Part shown: in pieces, positions 12,488 through 22,954 of the stretch | How positions within the stretch are numbered: position 1 is the stretch's first letter | How the letters are laid out: the number at the start of each line of letters is the position of its first letter | DNA from: Macrostomum hystrix | Taxonomy: Eukaryota; Animalia; Platyhelminthes | Assembly: GCA_950097015.1 (NCBI GenBank) | Contig: CATNEN010000007.1 | Location: 4,154,001 to 4,218,000 of the forward strand | Direction: 5' to 3' | Length of the DNA stretch: 64,000 bases | Notes under the pieces: model-generated | Seen by the model: only the letters and a program-made list of their open reading frames with translations | Told to the model about the DNA's origin: nothing | The model's database searches: none | Position numbers and translations under genes: made by a program

Positions 12488-13743
12488 TTTTGGGGAATCA
12501 AATATGCAATATACTCAGCTAGTTCGAAGCATGTAGCTGTGCTGCAGAAAAAAATTTTGTGGCCTTTCTCCTAGAAAAATAGTGAAAATATTGACATGCT
12601 GACCTGAGTGCAGCAGCTCACACTGCTCAACTCTAGAGTTAATAGACTCGTCCAGGAGTGAAAAAATCTCGGCAAGGGGGAAGCACGCACCGAAGCTATT
12701 GAACGGGTTAGGTCAGCTCGCCTACAAGCTGGACATTCGCATTGAGAATACGATAGAACAAGACGTTAAGGCTGACCATGGCTCATATTGTGTCTGTGGG
12801 CTGTGGGGTGTGTGTCCACCTAGAGGATATTGCTACGGGAAGCACGGAGACCAGATCGAGCATTAATTATTCTACAGCAGATGGCACTGCTCCGTTACAC
12901 CTGTGCACTTTTCTTGTTCTACAATTTCGATTCTTGGTCATTATGGTGTGAAATGTTGACTCGTTTTTTTCAAGAATGCTGCAGATTTTAATTAAAGACA
13001 GCGGCTTGTCTCGCCCAAGTAGCGAACGGCACGTCAAAGGCATTTGTCAATAGTCAAAAGGCTTCAACAAAGACTTATCGATTGTACCCTTAATCTGATG
13101 CGATATAATGCGATACTGAACGCTGTCACACACTCACACAGGTGTGTACATCTGCCCCTGACAATTTCCTCCTCGTCGGGCACTTTACATTTCACACTGT
13201 GTCTTGGAGGTTGGACCTCAAGGTCGTAAATATTACGACAAGCCCCCAAGCCTTCTCTCCACTGCTGCGCCCCAAACGAACGTGGTTTCTCCGCAGAATC
13301 GAGCATATGTAAACATCAGACAGGGCCAAAATGACTTCAATAGAATTTTAATAAATGTGTTCACGAGAACACGTTCTTTGCTAACTCACTTTCTTCTGCT
13401 GAGTGCATTTTTTGAGCAGGCTACATAGTCTGTTGTCACGCTTGCCACCTAACTCCCTTCGCTGTGTCAACAGCTGTTGAGACTATTGGCCCCGTGGTCT
13501 CAGTCACTTTGAGTTGTCACCTGCTTCCCTGTTAGAAGAGGGCCATGCGTGTTTGACAAGGCTTAGCAAATGACAGCTAAAATTAGAATCCTGAGCAAGA
13601 AGATTAGTTCAATAGGGCTACAAAATTTTGAACTCTGACTACGAGCTAGATTAAAATATTTTAGACCATAGACTAAAAATATGAAAATGTTTCAAATGAG
13701 AAATTTGAGTGCAAATTTAAAGTTAAAGTTTAAGATTCTACCT

Positions 13744-14155
13744 AGGACCACTACATGTATAGAAGAAGAAGTACGGGACACTTTGTTTCTTGGAAAAAAA
13801 TTAAAGGATATTTTTCACGGAAAAATGCACCAGCGAGATAGGAATGTTTCATGTTTTTCATTTTAAAATCTTGCCAACTTTTTATGGAAGCAGATCCGAT
13901 GCTGTTCTTTTAATATATCTCGCAAAATTTGTTGCTTCATCGAACTTCGGAAATATTTATTCATGAATAATTTATATTCATTTTATTTTTGTCTACTTAT
14001 CATGACTCACAATAGCAACCAATCAGACATAAAATTAGCCTAGAATTAGCTATTGAAAACATAAAACATAATTTTCGCAATGCACTTATACTTGATTAGA
14101 AAGTGACTGTAAAATTAAGTTAGTCACGAGATAGCTATTGACTGGCTATTGTTTT
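13744..14155 (+). repeat. Dispersed AT-rich repeat (non-autonomous element arm), copy 1
   Basis: Aligns by eye with 38080-38445 (GGAAGCAGATCC.ATGCTGTT, CACAATAGCAACCAA, CACTTATACTTGATTAGAAAGTGACTGT) and in inverted orientation with 16095-16300. Confidence 0.75.
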
Positions 14156-14513
14156 TCATGATAAATAAGAGAAAATAAAGTGAAGATCTATTATAGCTTT
14201 TTGCGTTCCATTTTGGACAGCGGGCTTTCAATTTCGGCAAGGGTCCATGTGTCAGTCTCCAATCCCCTCCCATTGGTGTCTATGGCCAGAAAATGCACAG
14301 ACCGGCTTTCAAATTCGACAGCGGGCAATCAATTTCGGCATGCAAACGGATTGACTGGAACTTCTCTCTTACTGGCAATCCTCAGCTCGTGGCAGCTGTC
14401 TATGGTAGAAGCAGCTTGACTGCTCGTTAATTTGACAGAGATCACAGTGGGAGAGAGTTTCGCAGCACTGAGTCTTCTCTGTTAAAATCTAACAGTTTAA
14501 CATCGAGCATCGG

Positions 14514-15580
14514 CAGTATGCAACGATATCCAGAGACAAAAGAGATCTTGCCATCCAGGCTTGGCAGCGCGGAGAGCTCGTGACGGACATATCAAGGATG
14601 CTTGGGGTGAAGCGCTCAACCGTGTACAGCATCTGTCACGCTTTTGACACGGAGGGGAGAAGGTATTCATTGCCTAAGGGTGGTAACAGGCGCCAAAAGC
14701 TCACCAACCCCATGAAGAATTTCCTGATGGCCGTTGAGGACGAGGACCCTTTTGCTACACTGCAGCAGTTGCGTACTCACTTGCTGGCCGAGTTTCAGGG
14801 TACGCTCGATAGTGTTGACATCTCGACCATTTCGAGGGCACTGGACAGTCACCTTTACACAATGAAGTGCCCCTCGAGGGAAGTTGACGTGCTGGCTGCG
14901 AGGAACTCCGATGAGAACAAAGCCAGGAGACAAGATTTCGCCAACTGGTTGGTCAACTTGCCGCCTTTTGTTGAGCTGGTGCATCTTGATGAGTCCGGCT
15001 CGGAGTCTGGACTCGGCGCAGCTTCGGTCGAAGTGTGCGAGGAAAGCCAGTTCTCAGATTGGTGCGTACTCAGAAGAGCCCTGGACTCAACCTCATTCTG
15101 GCAACTTCTCCTACTATCGGCTTGGTGGAGTACATCCTTGAGATCGATTCTGTGAACCGTGAGCGCATGCAGATTTTGGTCCCTTAAATCTGCCAGAGCG
15201 TTGCTGCTCATCTGCCAGAAGGCCATTAGAGTGTGATTCTGCTGGATGGGGATTGGTTTCACCAGGGGTTTCAAGTCCACTGGAATTTGAAGGTCGCATC
15301 AGCTTCCGCGCCTTGCCGCCATACTCACCATTCCTGAACCCAGTGGAGCTGGCACACAGTGCGTTCAAGGCTGCAGTGAAGCGCCAACTGAGTCAGCCAG
15401 TTGTTCAGCAGGAATTTGCTCTTATTCCGGAGGACATGAGCGCTAGGGACAGGAGGATAATGGTGTTGCAGCGCTGTGGTGTTGAGGCAATGGATGCCAT
15501 CACCCAGCAGAAGTGCAGTGCTTGGTTTCAGCACACACTGCGATTCATCCCTCCGTGCTTGGCTACAGAAAACATTGGGA
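14514..15580 (+). pseudogene. Tc1/IS630-type DDE transposase, frameshifted
   Basis: HTH (DISRMLGVKRSTVYSI), HLDESG, then a shifted frame VWTRRSFGRSVRGK, VILLDG..FH next to a stop, and LPPYSPFLNPVE in a further frame. Confidence 0.85.
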
Positions 15581-15726
15581 TAAATGTTGATTATCTTTGT
15601 CTTTGTGGTCCGACTTGTTTCACACGTTCGCGACTCTATCGTAGTGTCCCAGTTTGCATTGAATTCATTCAACAAAATGTTCGCGTTTTTTTACTCCGAA
15701 ATATACAGTTTAAATGTTTGCTTAAG

Positions 15727-16040
15727 GCCGAAATTGATTGCCCGCTGTTGAATTTGAAAGCCCGTCTGTGCATTTTCTGGCCATAGACACCAATGAGAGG
15801 AGATGGGAGACTGACACATAGACCCTTGCCGAAATTGATTGCCCGCTGTTGAATTTGAAAGCCCGTCTGTGCATTTTCTGGCCATAGACACCAATGGGAG
15901 GGGATGGGAGACTGACACATAGACCCTTGCCGAAATTGATTGCCCGCTGTTGAATTTGAAAGCCCGTCTGTGCATTTTCTGGCCATAGACACCAATGGGA
16001 GGAGATGGGAGACTGACACATAGACCCTTGCCGAAATTGA
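15727..16040. repeat. 101-bp tandem triplication within the right TIR
   Basis: GCCGAAATTGA starts at 15727, 15828, 15929 and 16030. Confidence 0.92.
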
Positions 16041-16094
16041 AAGCCCGCTGTCCAAAATTGAACGCAAAAAGCTATATAAAAAAATGAAGCTTTC

Positions 16095-16300
16095 TAAAAT
16101 TCGTTGAAGCAACATGTTTTGCGAGATATATTAAAAGAAAAGCATTGGATCTGATTCCAGAAAAAGTTATCAACTTATTAATGTGAAAAACATAAAAAGT
16201 TCATATCTCGCTGGTGAATTTTTTTCGTGAAAATCAGCATTTTATATAAAAAAATTCCAAGAAACGAAGTGTCCCATATCCTAGTGGTCTAGTGGTCATT
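16095..16300 (-). repeat. Inverted, diverged copy of the 13744-13950 repeat arm
   Basis: GAAGCAACA..TTTTGCGAGATATATTAAAAGAA..GCAT.GGATCTG.TTCCA and TTCCAAGAAAC.AAGTGTCCC match the reverse complement of copy 1. Confidence 0.75.
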
Positions 16301-16997
16301 GTATTATGCTCATAGTTTAACTTAATATAAAAAATCTGCCTTTTTAAATGAAAAATAAATTTCAACATCTTAAAAAATGCAGAAATTTCTCACACAAAAA
16401 TAATTTTTAATATGTCAACTCAAGAATGGCTTGTTTACAAAGCGTCCAAGTAGGCCGTTTGAAAACAATATACATGAGCTGTATTATTAAGGAACTTGAA
16501 ATTCTCGGTAAAAAAAATTTAACCAGCCCGAATTTAATTAATTTAGCTTCCAGTAAAAAGTTGCTCCTATATTTCATGTCTAGGGAAAACATTGTTGTCT
16601 CTTGTCTTTCGAAAAAATCACTGAATGGTTTTATTGATACCTGCAATATTTCAATCATTATAAATTCTTTTTCTGCTAGATGATTTTTTCACTGAAAGAG
16701 CACTAGAAAACGATTGATTTGAGAACAATAGGCAATAATTCTAGATATAGACACTCTCCCATTTACCGCCAATTTGAGTAGGCATTAATCAGTTTGATTG
16801 GGAGGAATTGTCAGATCGACTGAGCAATTTCACATAAAACTTTATGGATTAGAGAAGGCTGGGAATGGAGCCCCAGACGCAATCCATCAAACTGGCTGAG
16901 AACGAAGCACTTACCTACCTGCGCTGCAGTTTTGCTCAGTTGCTTAGCAACGGCCTCTCATTTCTGAGACACACTTTAATAGCGCAAATTGTTCCGA

Positions 16998-17515
16998 GGT
17001 GAGAGTGGGATGAGGCAGTGGTGAGAGTGGCATGAGGTAGTGGTGAGAGTGGCATGAGGCAGTGGTGAGAGTGGGATGAGGTAGTGGTGAGAGTGGCATG
17101 AGGCAGTGGTGAGAGTGGCATGAGGCAGTGACAGGCACTGGTGAGAGTGGTGCGAGGCATTGGTGAGAGTGGGGCGAGGCAGTGGTGAGAGTGGGGCGAG
17201 GCAGTGGTGAGAGTGGGATGAGGCAGTGACAGGCACTGGTGAGAGTGGTGCGAGGCATTGGTGAGAGTGGGGCGAGGCAGTGGTGAGAGTGGTGCGAGGC
17301 ATTGGCGAGAGTGGCATGAGGCAGTGGTGAGAGTGGGATGAGGCAGTGACAGGCACTGGTGAGAGTGGGGCGAGGCAGTGGTGAGAGTGGTGCGAGGCAT
17401 TGGTGAGAGTGGCATGAGGCAGTGGTGAGAGTGGCATGAGGCACTGGTGAGAGTGGGATGAGGCAGTGGTGAGAGTGGGGCGAGGCAGTGACAGGCACTG
17501 GTGAGAGTGGGTGAC
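16998..17515. repeat. 22-bp minisatellite GAGAGTGG(G/C)(A/G)(T/C)GAGGCAGTGGT with 33-bp variants
   Basis: Tandem units. Explains ORFs 16936-17723. Confidence 0.93.
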
Positions 17516-18169
17516 AGACGCAGATCGCCCACAATGCCGCGGAATCGAGCTCAGACCTTGTGAGATGGCTTGTAGCGAATGGAACCGGATGTCTTGTTGA
17601 CTGCGGCCCGTGCAGCCGTGCAGTTCCCCTTTGAGTGTTTGCAGCTTCTCTGAAATCTTTCTGCTGGCCAGCGCACAGATTCTTCAAATCATTCCGCCGA
17701 GGCTTAATTGTGCCCAGAAGCACAAAGTCCCCCTGAGCTCATCCATTGCGATTCTTCATCCCCCTGTTCCGCCGGGGATCACGCGGGTGATATTAGCGAT
17801 ATGTATCCGAATGAGCGATGGCTTTATCTGTTCTGCGGGCCCCAACGGCCAACTTCTGCCTCAAGGAGGCGATCATCTCACAGAGTTATTACCCCATAAC
17901 TGCTTAGATGCGGTGTCTGTTCAGCCAGCAAAAGCAGAGGGAAAAAGCTGGGTCATTGTTCATAGATTGGCAGCCAAATCAAAGCAGATTTCTGGGGATT
18001 TCGCTTGAACTAAACGGGATTCTGTGGACTAGATGTTGCTTACATACTACTGGCGGGAGGCGAAACGCGTCAGGCCCCTATCGCAACCCCAGGATAATAG
18101 AGAAGGGCTCAGCCTGGGGGGTAACCCCGCGCCAGCAGCAGCAGGCAGGTTCGGCTGGGTCTGCGTTAG

Positions 18170-19500
18170 CAACCTTCATCCTGCCGGTGTGCCGAATGAA
18201 GGCATAGAGCTCTCGGATCCTGCCGGTGTGCCGAATGAAGGCATGGAGCTCTCGGATCCTGCCGGTGTGCCGAATGAAGGCATGGAGCTCTCGGATCCTG
18301 CCGGTGTGCCGAATGAAGGCATGGAGCTCTCGGATCCTGCCGGTGTGCCGAATGAAGGCATGGAGCTCTCGGATTCTGCCGGTGTGCCGAATGAAGGCAT
18401 GGAGCTCTCGGATCCTGCCGGTGTGCCGAATGAAGGCATGGAGCTCTCGGATCCTGCCGGTGTGCCGAATGAAGGCATGGAGCTCTCGGATTCTGCCGGT
18501 GTGCCGAATGAAGGCATGGAGCTCTCGGATCCTGCCGGTGTGCCGAATGAAGGCATGGAGCTCTCGGATCCTGCCGGTGTGCCGAATGAAGGCATGGAGC
18601 TCTCGGATCCTGCCGGTGTGCCGAATGAAGGCATGGAGCTCTCGGATCCTGCCGGTGTGCCGAATGAAGGCATGGAGCTCTCGGATCCTGCCGGTGTGCC
18701 GAATGAAGGCATGGAGCTCTCGGATCCTGCCGGTGTGCCGAATGAAGGCATGGAGCTCTCGGATCCTGCCGGTGTGCCGAATGAAGGCATGGAGCTCTCG
18801 GATCCTGCCGGTGTGCCGAATGAAGGCATGGAGCTCTCGGATCCTGCCGGTGTGCCGAATGAAGGCATGGAGCTCTCGGATCCTGCCGGTGTGCCGAATG
18901 AAGGCATGGAGCTCTCGGATCCTGCCGGTGTGCCGAATGAAGGCATGGAGCTCTCGGATCCTGCCGGTGTGCCGAATGAAGGCATGGAGCTCTCGGATCC
19001 TCTCCGGAGTGGTCAGCTCGTCGATCCCCTGGGTGTGGCCAAGGTGCAGCCTGCAGCCAGGTGGGGATGCGCATAGTTCGGAGTGATAAATGACTTTGGA
19101 AGAAGCCCTGACCTGTGTTGGCCACGCACATCCCCCTAAGGCCGGTTCTGTTGAGAGACAGCAGGTAATCAGAGACTTTCGGTCAATTCCAGGCATCGCG
19201 GAGCGTGCTTGCCTGTAGTCGCCGTTTCCAGGATTGTTAATATCCTTGGCGAGCTGATCAACGAGCTCGTTGCCAAGGATGTTGCTGTGCCCCAGGGTCC
19301 AGACCAGGTTGACCCTGTTGGGGACCGCTAGGCTTTGCATGCTGTTGAAGCACTCTGCACTTTGACTTCGCCGGTTGACACCGACATCCGTCGTGTGGCT
19401 GTCGCGCTCGGGCATGGCGGTGGCAAATCCACGCTTGATTTTTAGAATAGGGGGCTGGTGGTCTACATCGTTCAAGCCGATGTGGCTAAGGTTCCGACGG
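18170..19500 (-). mobile_element. Non-LTR retrotransposon ORF2 3-prime remnant (RNase H and C-terminal tail)
   Basis: AECFNSMQSL...VNLVWTLGHSNILGNELVDQLAK resembles the non-LTR RNase HI motif V.L.WVPGH.GI.GNE.AD.LAK. It is followed by a degraded C-terminal region ending ...LHAFIRHTG. No RT core seen. Confidence 0.72.
18178..19002. repeat. 39-bp minisatellite GATCCTGCCGGTGTGCCGAATGAAGGCATGGAGCTCTCG, about 21 copies
   Basis: Near-perfect units, open in five of six frames. Confidence 0.97.
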
Positions 19501-19949
19501 ATGTAGTCCACGTGAGGATCAGGGTTTTTTTGATCCAGCCTGTGACAGTCACTCTGCCTCCTCCCCCTCTCAGCCTGTGCCAGTCACTCTGCCTCCTCCC
19601 CCTCTCAGCCTGTGCCAGTCACTCTGCCTCCTCCCCATTTAGTATTTTAAAGAGTCCACTAAATGACTGAATAATGTGTATGTGCGGGCGACTAGCCACC
19701 CATTAATTTACGAAAAACACAAAAGCATCTACAGCAAAAAACACTTCCCCAGATGGGTATTATCTTTAAGCAAAACGAAACACTAAATTGAACCGATTCA
19801 ACCATCAATGACGGGCGGAATAGAGCTGAATAATAGAATAAATATTATTGCAATCACTTGATGGTCTTGATTAATCAGAAACACGCTCGTATAAAGTACA
19901 TTCCATGGAGGTTACACTATACTTCGCAACCCTTCAGGATCTTACTTTC

Positions 19950-21660
19950 AAAATCTCACCCCTTCTGAATCCTACTGTCAAAGTCTCACCCCATCTAAAC
20001 CCTACTGTCAAAGTCTCACCCCTTCTGAACCCTACTGTCAAAGTCTCCCCCCTTCTGAACCCTACTGTCAAAGTTTCCCCCCTTCTGAACCCTACTGTCA
20101 AAGTCTCACCCCATCTAAACCCTACTTAAAAAACTGACCCCCTTCTGAACCCTACTGTCAAAGTCTCACCCCTTCTGAACCCTACTGTCAAAGTCTCACC
20201 CCTTCTGAACCCTACTGTCAAAGTCTCACCCCTTCTGAACCCTACTGTCAAAGTCTCACCCCCTCTGAACCCTACTGTCAAAGTCTCACCCCTTCTGAAC
20301 CCTACTGTCAAAGTCTCACCCCTTCTGAACCCTACTGTCAAAGTCTCACCCCATCTAAACCCTACTTAAAAAACTGACCCCCTTCTGAACCCTACTGTCA
20401 AAGTCTCACCCCTTCTGAACCCTACTGTCAAAGTCTCACCCCTTCTGAACCCTACTGTCAAAGTCTCACCCCTTCTGAACCCTACTGTCAAAGTCTCACC
20501 CCCTCTGAACCCAACTGTCAAAGTCTCACCCCTTCTGAACCCTACTGTCAAAGTCTCACCCCTTCTGAACCCTACTGTCAAAGTCTAACCCCATCTGAAC
20601 CTTACTGTCAAAGTCTCACACCTTCTGAACCCTACTGTCAAAGTCTCACCCCTTCTGAACCCTACTGTCAAAGTCTCACCCCCTCTGAACCCTACTGTCA
20701 AAGTCTCACCCCTTCGGAACCCTACTGTCAAAGTCTCACCCCTTCTGAACCCTACTGTCAAAGTCTCACCCCTTCTGAACCCTACTGTCAAAGTCTCACC
20801 CCCTCTGAACCCTACTGTCAAAGTCTCACCCCTTCTGAACCCTACTGTCAAAGTCTCACCCCATCTGAACCCTACTGTCAAAGTCTCACCCCTTCTTAAC
20901 CCTACTGTCAAAGTCTCACCCTTTCTGAACCCTACTGTCAAAGTCTCACCCCTTCTGAACCCTACTGTCAAAGTCTCACCCCTTCTGAACCCTACTGTCA
21001 AAGTCTCACCCCTTCTGAACCCTACTGTCAAAGTCTCACCCCTTCTGAACCCTACTGTCAAAGTCTCACCCTTTCTGAACCCTACTGTCAAAGTCTCACC
21101 CCTTCTGAACCCTACTGTCAAAGTCTCACCCCATCTGAACCCTACTGTCAAAGTCTCACCCCTTCTGAACCCTACTGTCAAAGTCTCACCCCTTCTGAAC
21201 CCTACTGTCAAAGTCTCACCCCTTCTTAACCCTACTGTCAAAGTCTCACCCCTTCTGAACCCTACTGTCAAAGTCTCACCCCTTCTGAACCCTACTGTCA
21301 AAGTCTCACCCCTTCTGAACCCTACTGTCAAAGTCTCACCCCATCTGAACCCTACTGTCAAAGTCTAACCCCATCTGAACCTTACTGTCAAAGTTTCACC
21401 CCATCTGAACCCTACTGTCAAAGTCTCACCCCATCTGAACCCTACTGTCAAAGTCTCACCCCATCTGAACCCTACTGTCAAAGTTTCACCCCTTCTGAAC
21501 CTTACTGTCAAAGTTTCACCCCATCTGAACCCTACTGTCAAAGTTTCACCCCTTCTGAACCTTACTGTCAAAGTTTCACCCCTTCTGAACCCTACTGTCA
21601 AAGTCTCACCCCTTCTGAACCCTACTGTCAAAGTCTCACCCCATCTAAACCCTACTTAAA
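19950..21660. repeat. 30-bp minisatellite AAGTCTCACCCCTTCTGAACCCTACTGTCA, about 57 copies
   Basis: Exactly two units per 60-nt line over long stretches. Confidence 0.97.
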
Positions 21661-21664
21661 AAAA

Positions 21665-21790
21665 CTCACCCCTTCTGAACCGTAATCTCACCCCCTCTCA
21701 ACCCTAATCTCACCCCTTCTGAACCCTAATCTCACCCCTTCTGAACCCTAATCTCACCCCTTCTGAACCCTAATCTCACCCCTTCTGAAC
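21665..21790. repeat. 22-bp derivative repeat CTCACCCCTTCTGAACCCTAAT
   Basis: About 5 copies sharing the core of the 30-mer. Confidence 0.85.
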
Positions 21791-22356
21791 TTTACTTTAA
21801 AGAAATTATTTCTGTGGGCACACTTTTTAAATTAGCCTCTTTTTATAAAAAAATCGCTCCTTTTCAGAGTTTTCTCATCTGCTAAGATAATCTGCTGAGA
21901 TAAGAAAAATATTTTAACTTCAGAATTTATACTATTTTCTGTCTCATAGATTTTTGTCATCATGTTTTTATAACCTCAAAATCTCAACCTTTCTATTTAA
22001 GAAAAAGCATAGTGCATTAGAAGACGAAAACAGAAATTCAGGAGAAAAATGACAGTTTTTGGCTGCGAAACACTCACGCGCCCTACTTACGCTACTCGCA
22101 AGTAGGCAGAAGCGAGTCAATTCGGAAAATTCTGAGTACGATGCAAATACTTGTCATTGGCTCACAGCAGAGAGGATCATTGGTTCAATAAACGAGCAAC
22201 GCGAGTGCATTAGAAAATCACCGTTTGGAAACTGCCGCGGTATAACCAACAAAAATCATTCGGTTTCCTAGGATTAACAACCAGGCATTAATCCGCGGAT
22301 TAACATGCCATATTTGATCAGTGGATTAATACAAAGACTTTTAATCTATGCTATAA

Positions 22357-22560
22357 GGAGTTGCAGCCTAGTGGTTTAGGTGTCGGACTCACGACTAGAA
22401 AGTCGTTGGTTCGATTCCCGACTCTATTTGAACAGTTGGCTTCCTTTAGCAAGACAAGGAATTGCTTCAGTTCACCCAGCTGGTTAATGGGTACCAGCAT
22501 TAACTTGGATAATTGAGGGTGGATGCAACGGCCTCCCAGGTCTATGGTCTGAACACCCGT
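22357..22560 (+). mobile_element. tRNA-derived SINE-like element
   Basis: A-box-like GCAGCCTAGTGGTTTAGG and B-box GGTTCGATTCCC, followed by body GCAAGACA...CTTCAGTTCACCCAGCTG..AATGGGTACC shared with 60265-60430. Anticodon stem does not pair, so this is not a tRNA gene. Confidence 0.65.
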
Positions 22561-22828
22561 ACACAGCCTTCACATTGTCGGCAGAAAATCTGGTCCAATA
22601 GAGGCAGTGTTAATCATCTATTATTAATTTATTACATATTACTGTACATATTAAGACCCAGAAGTTAATCCGCGGATTAATGTCTGCATACTTAAAACCG
22701 AGCATAAAATCCGGACTTTATCAATTTAATCCAAGAATTGGCTTTTGAACTAAAATCCAGGGATTAGCAACAAGATGTTGTTTTTGGGACTAGACTAAAG
22801 ATCGTCCGTCTAGAGCGTAGCTCTGCTT

Positions 22829-22830
<2 letters not shown>

Positions 22831-22889
<59 letters not shown>

Positions 22890-22916
22890 GCAGCAGCAGC
22901 AGCAGCAGCAGCAGCC

Positions 22917-22950
<34 letters not shown>
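22831..22950. repeat. (CAG)~40 microsatellite with two CCG interruptions, immediately after the UBE4A stop (CUG in the mRNA sense)
   Basis: Triplet run begins 4 nt beyond the TGA at 22957-22955. Confidence 0.95.

Positions 22951-22954
<4 letters not shown>

Larger units (their letters stand above)
14194..16074 (+). mobile_element. Defective Tc1/IS630-like DNA transposon with TIRs and TA target duplication
   Basis: Left end TA|TAGCTTTTTGCGTTCCATTTTGGACAGCGGGCTTTCAATTTCGGCAAGGGTC mirrors right end ...GCCGAAATTGAAAGCCCGCTGTCCAAAATTGAACGCAAAAAGCTA|TA. Internal transposase remnant present. Confidence 0.9.

Noticed and set aside
21665-21790. AACCCTAA in the 22-bp unit as interstitial telomere
   Set aside because: Only one hexamer per unit, and it derives from the neighbouring 30-mer core.
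22357-22425. tRNA-Val(CAC) gene (similarly 29205-29265)
   Set aside because: Anticodon and acceptor stems do not pair and a SINE-type body follows.
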